Assembly: GCA_045599365.1 (NCBI GenBank)
Contig: JAZRVS010000045.1
Coordinates: forward strand, 37,375 to 101,374
Length of the DNA: 64,000 nt
Origin: Bacteroidales bacterium
GTDB taxonomy: Bacteria > Bacteroidota > Bacteroidia > Bacteroidales > UBA1715
Direction: 5' to 3'
In this document: piece by piece, positions 54,356 to 64,000 of the stretch
Layout: each line of letters opens with the position of its first letter
How positions within the stretch are numbered: position 1 is the stretch's first letter
Position numbers and translations under genes: made by a program
Notes under the pieces: generated by a model
The model's input: only the letters and a program-made list of their open reading frames with translations
Told to the model about the DNA's origin: nothing
Database searches by the model: none

Positions 54356-55372
54356 CTAAAATAAACTGCCTTGTTTTGCTTGTGGGATTCTACCTAAATG
54401 TTTGTACGCCAAAGGAGTAACTTCTCGTCCGCGAGGAGTTCGTTGTAGAAAACCTTCTTTAATTAAAAATGGTTCATACACTTCCTCTATTGTTCCAGAA
54501 TCTTCGCCGACAGCCGTTGCAATAGTATTTAATCCAACTGGACCGCCAGAGAATTTATCAATGATGGTACAAAGAATTTTGTTGTCCATTTCATCGAGCC
54601 CATATTTGTCAATATTGAGAGCTTCGAGAGCAAATTGTGTGATGTCAACGGTAATTTTTCCAGAACCTTTTACTTGTGCAAAATCTCGAACACGACGGAG
54701 AAGTGCATTTGCAATACGAGGAGTTCCACGACTACGAGATGCGATTTCTTTTGCTGCTTGCGTAACTATTTCAACTCCAATGATTTTTGCAGAACGTTCT
54801 ATGATTTTTGTAAGAAGTTCCACGTCGTAATATTCAAACAAACATTTTATACCAAAACGAGCGCGCAATGGACTTGTCAATAATCCAGAACGCGTTGTCG
54901 CTCCGATGAGAGTGAAAGGTGCGAGAGATAATTGTATCGAACGGGCAGAAGGTCCTTTGTCTATCATAATATCGATACGAAAATCTTCCATTGCAGAATA
55001 TAAATATTCCTCAACAATAGGCGACAAACGATGAATTTCGTCAATAAAAAGGACATCGTTTTCTTCCAAACTGGTAAGTAAACCTGCCAAATCACCTGGC
55101 TTATCAAGAACAGGTCCCGATGTTATCTTGAAATTCACGCCAAGTTCGTTGGCAATAATATTTGCAAGAGTTGTTTTCCCAAGGCCAGGAGGTCCGTGAA
55201 GCAAAACGTGGTCAAGCGATTCGCCACGCATTTTTGCTGCTGCGACGAAAATTCGTAGGTTTTCAACTACCTTATCTTGACCAGAAAAGTCGTCAAAATC
55301 CAGTGGACGAAGTTTCTTTTCAAACTCGGTATCCTTGTTGGATATATGTTCGGGGTCAAGATTTGTATTCAT
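54356..55372 (-). CDS. ruvB: Holliday junction branch migration helicase RuvB
   Basis: Walker [10 protein letters not shown], Walker [10 protein letters not shown], and [16 protein letters not shown]. Confidence 0.96.
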   Translation of the reverse strand: MNTNLDPEHISNKDTEFEKKLRPLDFDDFSGQDKVVENLRIFVAAAKMRGESLDHVLLHGPPGLGKTTLANIIANELGVNFKITSGPVLDKPGDLAGLLTSLEENDVLFIDEIHRLSPIVEEYLYSAMEDFRIDIMIDKGPSARSIQLSLAPFTLIGATTRSGLLTSPLRARFGIKCLFEYYDVELLTKIIERSAKIIGVEIVTQAAKEIASRSRGTPRIANALLRRVRDFAQVKGSGKITVDITQFALEALNIDKYGLDEMDNKILCTIIDKFSGGPVGLNTIATAVGEDSGTIEEVYEPFLIKEGFLQRTPRGREVTPLAYKHLGRIPQAKQGSLF

Positions 55373-55385
55373 TGTTTTGTTTTTG

Positions 55386-55393
55386 CAAAAATA
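55386..55393 (-). promoter_or_regulatory. -7 promoter box (TATTTTTG on minus strand) for ruvB
   Basis: Plus-strand CAAAAATA, 14 nt upstream of the ruvB ATG (55372). Confidence 0.45.
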
Positions 55394-55435
55394 ACATTAT
55401 TCTTAAATCTTAATTATTCCTTCTTAATTTAATTG

Positions 55436-55443
55436 TATATTTG
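55436..55443 (+). promoter_or_regulatory. -7 promoter box TATATTTG for iorB-paaK
   Basis: TAnnTTTG match 50 nt upstream of ATG 55493. Confidence 0.45.
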
Positions 55444-55492
55444 CGACACTTTGTTGAGAAATGAGTAACAAGGTAGTAAAAACTAACAGATT

Positions 55493-56071
55493 ATGATAAA
55501 AAATATCATTTTAGCGGGCGTTGGCGGTCAAGGAATTTTGACTATTGCGTCAATTATTGATCTTGCTGCTATGCATTCAGGATTAAATGTTAAACAAGCT
55601 GAAGTTCACGGAATGAGACAACGAGGAGGCGATGTACAGTCAAATCTTCGTATTGCAGACGAAGAAATTTACTCGGACTTAATTCCAAAGGGTAAAGCAG
55701 AGATAATACTTGCAATGGAACCGCGTGAAGCACTGCGTTATATTTCGTATTTGGAAAAAGATGGAATTATTATCACTGCGTCTGCTCCTTTTAAAAATAT
55801 TCCAAACTATCCTGATGAAAATCAAGTGATTGACACTATAAAAAATAGTGGTTTCAAATATGTGATTATTGATTCTGAAGAAATCGCAAAAAATTTGAGC
55901 GAACGATCATTGAATGTGGTGATTGCAGGTGCGGTTGCTCCAATCATTGGAATTGATTCAAATGTGATGAAAGACAGCGTAAAGGAATTGTTCGCAGCAA
56001 AGGGCGAAGAAGTTGTTGCGATGAATGTCAAGGCATTTGAAACAGGGGTGGAATACAGTAAAAAACTCTAA
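55493..56071 (+). CDS. iorB: indolepyruvate:ferredoxin oxidoreductase beta subunit (POR gamma-type domain)
   Basis: ILAGVGGQGILT, AEVHGMRQRGGDVQSNLRI and AMEPREALRY. 192 aa. Confidence 0.8.
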   Translation: MIKNIILAGVGGQGILTIASIIDLAAMHSGLNVKQAEVHGMRQRGGDVQSNLRIADEEIYSDLIPKGKAEIILAMEPREALRYISYLEKDGIIITASAPFKNIPNYPDENQVIDTIKNSGFKYVIIDSEEIAKNLSERSLNVVIAGAVAPIIGIDSNVMKDSVKELFAAKGEEVVAMNVKAFETGVEYSKKL

Positions 56072-56072
56072 A

Positions 56073-57374
56073 ATGATTTGGAATAAATCAATAGAATGTT
56101 TAGATCGCGAATCCATGCGGAAGTTGCAAGGAGAGCGACTTCGCAAGGTGGTTGAACATGCTTACAACAATTGCATTCCATATCGTGAACGGATGCAACA
56201 TGCTGGTGTTGTACCTGCTGATATTCAAACAATTGATGATATTGTAAAACTTCCATTTTCTTCTAAACAAGATTTGCGAGATTACTATCCTTGGGGAATG
56301 CTTTCTGTTCCGCAATCTGAGATTGTAAAGATTCATGCATCTTCGGGGACAACGGGAAAACCAATTGTGATGGCTTATACTCGAAATGATGTCGCAAATT
56401 GGGCAGAAGCTGGCGCTCGTTGTTATTCTGCGTATGGATTAACACCAGATGATACAATTCAAATTTCATACGGCTACGGGTTATTTACAGGAGGTCTTGG
56501 CGCTCATGATGCAGCTATGAATCTTGGCGCAACGGTTGTGCCTATGTCTGCTGGAAATACAGAGAAACAATTGTTGATGATTCGTGATTTAGGAGCGACA
56601 GCTTTGGCGTGTACACCTTCTTATGCGTTGTATTTGGCTGAAGCATTGGAAAAATCAGGAATTCCTCGCGATGAGATTAAATTGCGAATTGGGGTGTTTG
56701 GTGCGGAACCATGGACCGAGGAAATGCGAAAAGAAATAGAGTGTCGTCTTGGTATTAAGGCATTTGATATCTACGGGCTTACGGAGATTTCTGGTCCAGG
56801 TGTCGGTTTTGAGTGTGAGTGTCAAAATGGGACGCATTTAAACGAAGATTTGTTTTATCCAGAAATAGTAGATCCTAATACTGGGGAACCATTGCCTGAC
56901 GGCGTTGAAGGCGAATTGGTATTTACAACCTTGGCAAAAGAAGGTATGCCAATGATTCGATTCCGAACCCACGACTTGACTCATTTGACTCATGGAATAT
57001 GCGAATGTGGACGTACTCTTGTAAAAATGGGTCGAATACTTGGTAGAACAGACGATATGTTGATTATTAGAGGCGTAAACGTGTTCCCTTCTCAAGTTGA
57101 GGCTGTTCTTTGTACGTTAGACGAAGTTGAACCACATTTCTTTATTACCGTAGATCGTGTGAATAATACTGATACGTTTGATATTGATGTTGAGGTTAAG
57201 GAACAATACTATTCCGATGTTGTTGGCGAAATGGAACGCTTACGCAAGAAAATTGCACACGCAATTCAAAACGTAGTTGGTATTCAACCAAATATAAAAC
57301 CTGTGGCTCCAAACGCGATAGAAAGAAGTCAAGGAAAAGCAAAACGAGTGAACGACAAACGCAGATTTAAATAA
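56073..57374 (+). CDS. paaK: phenylacetate--CoA ligase
   Basis: IHASSGTTGKP (AMP-binding P-loop), GLTEISGPGV and IIRGVNVFPSQVE. Start at ATG 56073 (MIWNKSIECLD), 1 nt after the iorB stop. Confidence 0.88.
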   Translation: MIWNKSIECLDRESMRKLQGERLRKVVEHAYNNCIPYRERMQHAGVVPADIQTIDDIVKLPFSSKQDLRDYYPWGMLSVPQSEIVKIHASSGTTGKPIVMAYTRNDVANWAEAGARCYSAYGLTPDDTIQISYGYGLFTGGLGAHDAAMNLGATVVPMSAGNTEKQLLMIRDLGATALACTPSYALYLAEALEKSGIPRDEIKLRIGVFGAEPWTEEMRKEIECRLGIKAFDIYGLTEISGPGVGFECECQNGTHLNEDLFYPEIVDPNTGEPLPDGVEGELVFTTLAKEGMPMIRFRTHDLTHLTHGICECGRTLVKMGRILGRTDDMLIIRGVNVFPSQVEAVLCTLDEVEPHFFITVDRVNNTDTFDIDVEVKEQYYSDVVGEMERLRKKIAHAIQNVVGIQPNIKPVAPNAIERSQGKAKRVNDKRRFK

Positions 57375-57417
57375 TGGAAGAAGGCTTAACAGTCGTCTTG
57401 TAATCCTTTAATAGATT

Positions 57418-58611
57418 ATGCCAGAACCGTTTTCAACTGAAATACAACCTGAAACTGCAATAATTGTTGGTGTGATGACCTCAAACCAAACGGAATTGCA
57501 GGTGCGAGAGTATCTTGATGAGTTAGCGTTTTTAGCAGAAACGGCGGGTATTGTTGTTACAAAACATTTTTTACAAAAATTGCCACAGACGTTGGCAAAA
57601 ACATTTATAGGTGCAGGTAAAATAGAAGAGATAAGATTGTACCTTGATGAAAATGAGACTGATTTGGTTATTTTCGATGATGAGTTAGCGCCTACACAAT
57701 TAAGAAATCTTGAAAAAGAACTAAATCATCCAATAGTAGATAGAACTAAATTAATCTTGGATATTTTTTCACAGCGAGCTCAAACTGCGTATGCAAAAAC
57801 TCAGGTTGAAATGGCGCGTTTGCAGTATATGTTACCTCGTTTGACTCGAATGTGGACTCATCTCGACCGTCAGCATGGTGGGGGAACAACCTCGCGTGGT
57901 ATGGGAGAATCGCAGATAGAAGTTGACCGCCGAATAATACAATCTCGTATTGCTTTTTTGAAAGACGAATTAGCGAAAATTGACCGCCAGATGATTACTC
58001 AGCGCAAAAATCGTCAATCGTTGATTCGCGTTGCTTTGGTTGGATACACAAATGTTGGAAAGTCTACAATCATGAATATGATAAGTAAATCGGAGGTGTT
58101 GGCAGAAAACAAGTTGTTTGCAACTCTTGATACAACGGTCCGTAAGGTTGTGATTGATAATTTGCCATTTTTGTTGTCTGATACGGTTGGTTTTATTCGT
58201 AAACTACCGACAACACTCGTGGAATCCTTTAAATCGACGTTAGATGAGGTGCGTGAAGCCGATTTGTTGTTGCACGTAGTAGATGTTTCGCACAAGAATT
58301 TTCAAGAACAAATACAAGTTGTAAGTCAGACTATTGCCGATATTGGCGCTGGAGATAAACCAGTTATTTTGGTGTTTAATAAAATAGACGCATTTACGTA
58401 CACCGAAAAAGAAGATGACGATTTAAGTCCCAAAACGAATGAAAACTATTCGTTGGAAGATTTCAAAAATATGTATTTTGCGAAGAAAGAACCATGTATT
58501 TTCATTTCGGCGAAAAACAAAGAAAACATTGAAGAATTTCGTAAAATGGTGTACGAACGAGTGAAAGAAATGCATGCAATTCGGTATCCATACAATAATT
58601 TCTTATACTAA
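57418..58611 (+). CDS. hflX: GTPase HflX
   Basis: HflX N-domain and linker (RLQYMLPRLTRMWTHL, GESQIEVDRR). G-domain motifs GYTNVGKST, DTVGF and NKID. Confidence 0.92.
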   Translation: MPEPFSTEIQPETAIIVGVMTSNQTELQVREYLDELAFLAETAGIVVTKHFLQKLPQTLAKTFIGAGKIEEIRLYLDENETDLVIFDDELAPTQLRNLEKELNHPIVDRTKLILDIFSQRAQTAYAKTQVEMARLQYMLPRLTRMWTHLDRQHGGGTTSRGMGESQIEVDRRIIQSRIAFLKDELAKIDRQMITQRKNRQSLIRVALVGYTNVGKSTIMNMISKSEVLAENKLFATLDTTVRKVVIDNLPFLLSDTVGFIRKLPTTLVESFKSTLDEVREADLLLHVVDVSHKNFQEQIQVVSQTIADIGAGDKPVILVFNKIDAFTYTEKEDDDLSPKTNENYSLEDFKNMYFAKKEPCIFISAKNKENIEEFRKMVYERVKEMHAIRYPYNNFLY

Positions 58612-58613
58612 TT

Positions 58614-60440
58614 TTGGTTACAAAGGAAGAACAGCGGTTGCAATCAATTCGGGAACAACTTGCTACGTTGCCGACAGATCCTGGTGTATATCAGTATTTT
58701 GACAAAAATGATACACTCATTTATGTTGGAAAAGCCAAAAATTTAAAACGAAGAGTTTCTTCATATTTTAATAAAGAACAAACACATCTGAAAACGAAAG
58801 TGCTTGTTAGTAAGATAGTTACAATAAAACATTTTATTGTTGAAAGTGAACAAGACGCGTTGTTATTGGAAAATAATTTGATAAAAAAATACAAACCACG
58901 GTATAATGTTTTGTTAAAAGATGATAAAACCTATCCATGGATTGTTATCAAAAACGAAGCGTTTCCGCGAATTTTTCTCACACGAACAATGGTGAAAAAT
59001 GGATCGCAATATTTTGGACCGTATGCCAATGTGAAGATGGCGAAAAATCTTCTCAATTTTGTAAAGCAACTATATAAACCGCGTACGTGCAATCTTGCTC
59101 TCAATACGATGGAAATTGCGAAAGGAAAATTCAATGTTTGTTTGGAATACCATATAAAAAATTGTTACGGACCGTGTGTTGGAAAACAAAGTGCGGAAGA
59201 ATATGCAAATTCAATATCCGAGATTCGAGATATATTGAAGGGAAATATAGGAGAAGTAATAAAGGTATTGAAGTCTCGAATGTTACAATTTTCTTCTGAA
59301 TTGAAATTTGAAGCCGCAGGAGAAATTAAAAATCAAATAGATGAATTGACTCGTTATCAGGCGCATTCAACGGTTGTAAATCCAAGTATTACGAATGTTG
59401 ATGTATATTCTATTTTAGATGATTTGGATACAGCGTACGTTAATTTTCTAAAAGTTGTGAATGGGGCAATAGTTCAATTACATACGTTAGAAATCCGAAA
59501 ACAGTTGAATGAAAATCCTGAAGAATTGTTAGCACTTGCAATTACTGAAATTCGACAGAATATTCCAAGTACAGCGAAAGAAATAGTTGTTCCGTTTGAG
59601 CCTGATTTTCAATTAGATGGAGTTGTTTTTCATGTTCCTCAACGCGGAGAAAAATTGAGTTTACTCAAATTGTCAGAACAGAATGCTCGTTTGTATAAAG
59701 TAGAGAAACTCAAGCAAATGAAACGTCTTGATCCAGAACGACATAATCGAAAATTGTTAGAATCTTTGCAAAATACACTTCAACTTAAAGAACTCCCAAG
59801 GAATATAGAGTGTTTTGATAATAGCAATATACAAGGAGCTTTCCCTGTAGCAGGAATGATTCGTTTTACCGATGGAAAACCAAACAAATCGGAATATCGC
59901 AAGTTTAATATAAAAACAGTAGAAGGTCCTGATGATTATGCAAGTATGGCAGAAGTAATTTACCGTCGATACAAGCGTCTTTCTGAAGAAGGTGAAGAAT
60001 TACCACAGTTACTAATTGTTGATGGAGGAGAAGGACAAATGGAAGTTGCGAGACACGTTATACAGGACGAGTTACATCTTGAGATTCCTATAGCAGGACT
60101 TGCAAAAGATAGAAAACATAGAACTCATGAAATACTCTTTGGTTTCCCACCCAAAATAGTTGATATAAATCCGAAAGACCCATTGTTTCATCTTATGGAA
60201 CAAATACAAGAAGAAGTGCACCGCTTTGCCATTACATTTCATCGTAATCAACGGTCAAAAAATTTTACCACATCAGAATTGGAGCAAATAGATGGAATAG
60301 GTCAAAAAACAATAGAACAATTGTTTAAGGTGTTTAAGTCGATTTCTGCCATAAAATCAGCAAGTAAAGAAGATTTAGAATTAATTGTCGGTACTGACAA
60401 GGCGATGAAAATCAAAAATTTCTTTAATGACAAAAAGTAA
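58614..60440 (+). CDS. uvrC: excinuclease ABC subunit C
   Basis: GIY-YIG domain (PGVYQYFDKNDTLIYVGKAKNLKRRVSSYF) and a C-terminal (HhH)2. The only in-frame start before the GIY motif is TTG at 58614, 2 nt after the hflX stop. Confidence 0.95.
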   Translation: MVTKEEQRLQSIREQLATLPTDPGVYQYFDKNDTLIYVGKAKNLKRRVSSYFNKEQTHLKTKVLVSKIVTIKHFIVESEQDALLLENNLIKKYKPRYNVLLKDDKTYPWIVIKNEAFPRIFLTRTMVKNGSQYFGPYANVKMAKNLLNFVKQLYKPRTCNLALNTMEIAKGKFNVCLEYHIKNCYGPCVGKQSAEEYANSISEIRDILKGNIGEVIKVLKSRMLQFSSELKFEAAGEIKNQIDELTRYQAHSTVVNPSITNVDVYSILDDLDTAYVNFLKVVNGAIVQLHTLEIRKQLNENPEELLALAITEIRQNIPSTAKEIVVPFEPDFQLDGVVFHVPQRGEKLSLLKLSEQNARLYKVEKLKQMKRLDPERHNRKLLESLQNTLQLKELPRNIECFDNSNIQGAFPVAGMIRFTDGKPNKSEYRKFNIKTVEGPDDYASMAEVIYRRYKRLSEEGEELPQLLIVDGGEGQMEVARHVIQDELHLEIPIAGLAKDRKHRTHEILFGFPPKIVDINPKDPLFHLMEQIQEEVHRFAITFHRNQRSKNFTTSELEQIDGIGQKTIEQLFKVFKSISAIKSASKEDLELIVGTDKAMKIKNFFNDKK

Positions 60441-60460
60441 AGATGCAAAATGTTGCATCT
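60441..60460. terminator. hairpin between convergent uvrC and the OMP gene
   Basis: 8-bp stem AGATGCAA / TTGCATCT with loop AATG, immediately after the uvrC stop. The T-run is weak. Confidence 0.45.
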
Positions 60461-60471
60461 CTACCAATCTT

Positions 60472-61827
60472 TTAGAAAGAGTAACTTACCCCTAAAGTAA
60501 ATAATTTGTTGTCTTTTACGTAAGTTTCTTTGTGGGAAATTCCACTTGATGCGTCAACGGACGTTTTGTCATTTTCAAGGCAAGAAACAAACATAAATCC
60601 AAAGTCAGCTTGTAATTTTTCTGTGAAATGTAGTCGTCCTCCTACACCGAATGTGTTTGAACTCAACGAGAAGTCCATATCGGTCTCGTATTCAGAAGTT
60701 GCACCTGCGAAACAACGAGAATAACCTGCGCTTAGAGTTAACAATGGAATTACATCATACTCAAGACCAAGAGCAAGATCCATTGTGTTGTGATCCATCA
60801 ATTTTTCACGTCCTTCCCAATTACATTGTTTGTCAAAGTATTGAGTATAAGAAAGTTGTCCACGGAATTTGTCGGTGATTTTGTACCCAACACCAAGAGA
60901 AAATATTGCAGGAATATCTTTGTGGAATGTAGAGTCATCGGTAAACATTCCAGTATCGTCTTTTTTCGTATCATTGGTAAATTCTAAATTAGTCTTGAAT
61001 TCGTATTTCAATCCAAAATTGAGACGATTATTTAGTCTATAACTAACACCTACAATTGGAGCAATTCCAACAGCTGTTTGTACTGCATCAACATCTTTAT
61101 CGGCAACGGCAGCAGCTTGAGCGGTTGAGCCAATTGAATTGAAAAATTGTTGAGCGGAGATGAAAACGGAACCATCTAATCCATTCAACCCGCCCATGTT
61201 TGGATTGATTTTGATATCTTTAATACCACCTTTGTACGTGTTTTTCCCATATATAAAACGAGTTCCGATGCTTGCTGCTAATTTTTCATCAAGAAACGAA
61301 TATGCCACACCAAGTTGCCCTCCATATAGCACGGAGCCTCCTTCAAAGGAGATATTTGCTGTATAGTTAGATGTTGGTACTCCTGCAGCAGTTACCATCG
61401 AAGGAATTAAAGAAATTGTTCGTTCAAAAGATGCTAAACCATTATCGTAAGTTGCACTACCTCCACCTCCATTGGGACCGAATCCAAAAGAAATAGCAAG
61501 ATTATTTTTCTTCCAAATTGCTTGTAATGTTGGATATGCTGGGACAAAAATGTTTCCTTTATATTCGTGTCGATTTAATGTTGGAAAATCGTCTGTAGTT
61601 GTTCTTGTTTGTAAACAAATTTGATGACCATACGAGATATGAAATCCATCTATTAGTTGAGCTGTTGCTGCTGGATTGAAATAAACAGCATCGTAGTCAA
61701 GAGATGCTGAACGTGAAGCCATTCTAATAAATTGAGAACTTTGATTGGTATTCGTGATAACACCACCTGCGAATACATATAAATTTGTTAAAACAAGAGA
61801 AGTGATTGAAATAAAAGTTTTCTTCAT
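60472..61827 (-). CDS. outer-membrane transport protein, FadL/OmpP1/TodX-like
   Basis: Signal peptide. DAVYFNPAA near the N-terminus resembles the FadL-family (A/S)xxxNPAG motif. Beta-strand periodicity throughout, and the protein ends in an aromatic residue (...GVSYSF). Confidence 0.55.
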   Translation of the reverse strand: MKKTFISITSLVLTNLYVFAGGVITNTNQSSQFIRMASRSASLDYDAVYFNPAATAQLIDGFHISYGHQICLQTRTTTDDFPTLNRHEYKGNIFVPAYPTLQAIWKKNNLAISFGFGPNGGGGSATYDNGLASFERTISLIPSMVTAAGVPTSNYTANISFEGGSVLYGGQLGVAYSFLDEKLAASIGTRFIYGKNTYKGGIKDIKINPNMGGLNGLDGSVFISAQQFFNSIGSTAQAAAVADKDVDAVQTAVGIAPIVGVSYRLNNRLNFGLKYEFKTNLEFTNDTKKDDTGMFTDDSTFHKDIPAIFSLGVGYKITDKFRGQLSYTQYFDKQCNWEGREKLMDHNTMDLALGLEYDVIPLLTLSAGYSRCFAGATSEYETDMDFSLSSNTFGVGGRLHFTEKLQADFGFMFVSCLENDKTSVDASSGISHKETYVKDNKLFTLGVSYSF

Positions 61828-61910
61828 AGTTAAATTTTTTTAGATACTTATGACAATACATCGTTGTGTTGTAATGACAACGAGACAAAAGTCTCATGAA
61901 AAAACTTTTA

Positions 61911-61960
61911 AATCAAAAAAAAGGTTCTTTTACAGGTAGAAAGACGTAAAAGAACCTTTT
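61911..61960 (-). terminator. strong rho-independent terminator after the C1 peptidase gene
   Basis: 15-bp perfect stem AAAAGGTTCTTTTAC (61919-61933) / GTAAAAGAACCTTTT (61946-61960) with a 12-nt loop. On the minus strand it is followed by TTTTGATTT. Confidence 0.8.
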
Positions 61961-61981
61961 GGGGGGACAAATAAACAAAAA

Positions 61982-63610
61982 TTAGGGGTGAACGATTCTT
62001 TTTGTCGCTGGTAAAGTGGCAGATTTTAGACGATATTCATCAATTTTTGATTGCAATTTCCCAGATTTTTTGTCTGACAACAATAAACGACTTACTTCTG
62101 CAGGAGAGTAAGCGTTGAGATTCCCACTTTTTACAACAGTTTGGTTTTCGGTATTTTCAAATTGAGATGGAAGTTTTGTTGCTTTAAGAGAATATGCTTT
62201 CGTTTTATTGGTAATAACACCATTTACAAATTCAAGAGGTTTTGCATTTTCGGCAGTAATGAAGAAGAAATTGTTGTCTTCGTTAGCTTCTGCAATTGCA
62301 TCAAAAGCATCTGCGATTACTACCAAGTAGTATTTCCCAGTAATTTTAGGCATTTGATAACTTATTTCAAAATCATCACCGACTTGTTTACCTGCCATCA
62401 CATCAAAGTTGTTCCAATAGCCACCACAAATTGCATCGCAACCCTCCAATATACCATATTCGTCTTTTGCACCGAATTCATCGGTATAGTAATCTTCGTA
62501 GATTATTTCGTAATCATTGGCATCACTTGCATTATAATACATATATATAGTTGACCATCTTTGACTTGCGAAAATCGGCTTTGTTCCAGAGTTGTAGATA
62601 GAGTATGAGAAAATTCTACTTAATGCGTCACCTTCTTCGTCAGCATAATCTTCAGCGGAATAAGCAAGTAAATCGTAACCAGAAGACAAATCTTGTGATG
62701 CAATAGAAGAACCAGCAACAGAAACACTTGTTTTTGTTTGAGCGACAAAAGCAGCGAACACAAAATTGTTTAGAAAGAAATTATAACCAACCCAAATAGA
62801 ACCATTGTCTCCCCACGATGTTCCCCATGAATTTCTTACTCTAAAAGCTTGTTTACTATCATCGTAACCAGTTAAAACCATTGCGTGGTAGGCATGTTGC
62901 ATCCCTTCTTGCACGTATGTGTCTGATTTTATGACAGCAGAACTATTCCACGACATAAAATTATCACCCAAGCGAGCTCCAATAACAATTGGACGACCTT
63001 GATTTAGATAATATTTGAAATTTTTAAGAGTTTTACCTTCTGTTTCTGAGCATATTTTTCGGTAGTTTGACAACTTAGTTGAACTACCTTTTGCAGAATT
63101 CCCAGAACATTTAATGGTAGAGTATGGAACTTCGGAAAGAGAAGCGCAACCTTTAGAAATCATAGCGTCAAGGGCTGGCTCAAAATTTGTTCCGTTGCAA
63201 CCAGAACCTCTATCGGCAGACGGAATTGCAGCCCATAAATCGGCAGGGCTTGTTTGATTTGACGGACTCGCCAATTGTGATGAAGTCCAACCTTTGTCGA
63301 TTGCGTCCAACGCAGTTTTAAGGTTGTACCCACTTGCCCAAGCCACACAGGTTCCATAATTCCCTTGATTCCCAATTGGAGGAAATTTACTTGATAAATC
63401 GACTTTAGAGGCAAAAGAATTTTCATCTGGATCAACAACAACGATGTCTTCTGGAATATTGTCCATATCTTCATCGTCAACTAACCAACCACTGGCAGCC
63501 TCGACTAAAATCTCTGTTAGTAGTTGAGCCAATATTTCATCAGTACAGCTTTGTAAGAAAAAGCCACCGCATAATAGTAGGGATAGAAATTTTAATTTGA
63601 AATGTTTCAT
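61982..63610 (-). CDS. papain-like (C1 family) cysteine peptidase lipoprotein with C-terminal CARDB-like domain
   Basis: Lipobox FFLQSCTD. Catalytic Cys context QGNYGTCVAWASGY. His/Asn region HAMVLTGYDD...VRNSWGTSWGDNG. The tail YYLVVIADAFDAIAEANEDNNFF is CARDB-like. Confidence 0.75.
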   Translation of the reverse strand: MKHFKLKFLSLLLCGGFFLQSCTDEILAQLLTEILVEAASGWLVDDEDMDNIPEDIVVVDPDENSFASKVDLSSKFPPIGNQGNYGTCVAWASGYNLKTALDAIDKGWTSSQLASPSNQTSPADLWAAIPSADRGSGCNGTNFEPALDAMISKGCASLSEVPYSTIKCSGNSAKGSSTKLSNYRKICSETEGKTLKNFKYYLNQGRPIVIGARLGDNFMSWNSSAVIKSDTYVQEGMQHAYHAMVLTGYDDSKQAFRVRNSWGTSWGDNGSIWVGYNFFLNNFVFAAFVAQTKTSVSVAGSSIASQDLSSGYDLLAYSAEDYADEEGDALSRIFSYSIYNSGTKPIFASQRWSTIYMYYNASDANDYEIIYEDYYTDEFGAKDEYGILEGCDAICGGYWNNFDVMAGKQVGDDFEISYQMPKITGKYYLVVIADAFDAIAEANEDNNFFFITAENAKPLEFVNGVITNKTKAYSLKATKLPSQFENTENQTVVKSGNLNAYSPAEVSRLLLSDKKSGKLQSKIDEYRLKSATLPATKRIVHP

Positions 63611-63649
63611 AATTGTTGTATTTATGTTTATTTGATGCTAAACAAGTAT

Positions 63650-64000
63650 TTATTTTTTTATTATTTGCTCCATTGTTCGGTCGCACGGATATTCTTTATC
63701 ACCCATGTTTAATTTGCCGAAGAAATATGTGTTTTCTAAATTGGCATTTTCTGAGAATGTTGTGCCAACAAAATCTGCATCGTCAAAAAAGCGTGATTGA
63801 ATGAATGACGCTTGTTTGTTGAAATTTGAGTAGTTGAAAATTGCACGTCCGTGAATGTTCATCATATCAAATTCTGCTGAAGCTGAACATTGCAATCCAT
63901 TTGCCATCAATTTCCCGTTTACGGTGATGTTTTGTAACGAAATGTCAGATAGAAATTGACCATCCATCAAAAATAAATTTCCAGTGAAAGATGCATAAAT
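63650..64000 (-). CDS. pentapeptide-repeat protein, N-terminus probably cut by window edge
   Basis: Runs of A(D/N)(L/F)xx-type pentapeptides (NYSNFNKQASFIQSRFFDDADFVGTTFSENANLENTYF). The frame stays open from the track start (TTG 63968-63970) to nt 64000. Confidence 0.55.
   Translation of the reverse strand: MYASFTGNLFLMDGQFLSDISLQNITVNGKLMANGLQCSASAEFDMMNIHGRAIFNYSNFNKQASFIQSRFFDDADFVGTTFSENANLENTYFFGKLNMGDKEYPCDRTMEQIIKK

Overview
AT-rich (about one-third G+C by eye) chromosomal segment that looks like a gliding, T9SS-bearing member of the Bacteroidota. Supporting signs are gldD, gldF and gldG, two proteins with T9SS-style C-terminal sorting domains, a FeoA-FeoB fusion, and TAnnTTTG (-7) promoter boxes in front of many genes. 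I call 50 protein-coding regions (two cut by the window edges), one short gene remnant, one tRNA-Arg(CCG), and several hairpin terminators and promoter boxes. Most genes are ordinary housekeeping: recO, metK, galE, kdsA, hisS, queH, hisF, hisIE, pepD, dgt, feoAB, asd, map, ruvB, hflX, uvrC, iorB and paaK. I saw no transposase, integrase, CRISPR array, rRNA or recognisable defence system. The outstanding feature is one uninterrupted 11,880-nt gene (28889-40768, minus strand, 3,959 aa, 18.6% of the window). It combines an N-terminal GH8-like glycoside-hydrolase domain, DUF11-like modules, roughly 30 Ig-like domains arranged partly as higher-order repeats, a PKD-like domain and a T9SS type-B C-terminal domain. 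It reads like a SprB-style surface filament with a catalytic head. Its 405-nt ORF-free leader carries a 16/19 match to the Fur-box consensus. Secondary curiosities are listed below.
- An operon of two apparently catalytically degenerate enzyme homologues (ProB-like and class-IV-aminotransferase-like).
- A tightly packed gldF-gldG-hisF-hisIE-crp-pepD array.
- An iorB without iorA.
- A membrane-anchored stand-alone receiver-like protein.
All functional names come from motif recognition by eye. No database search, HMM scan or folding was possible, so family assignments of the less conserved genes are provisional.
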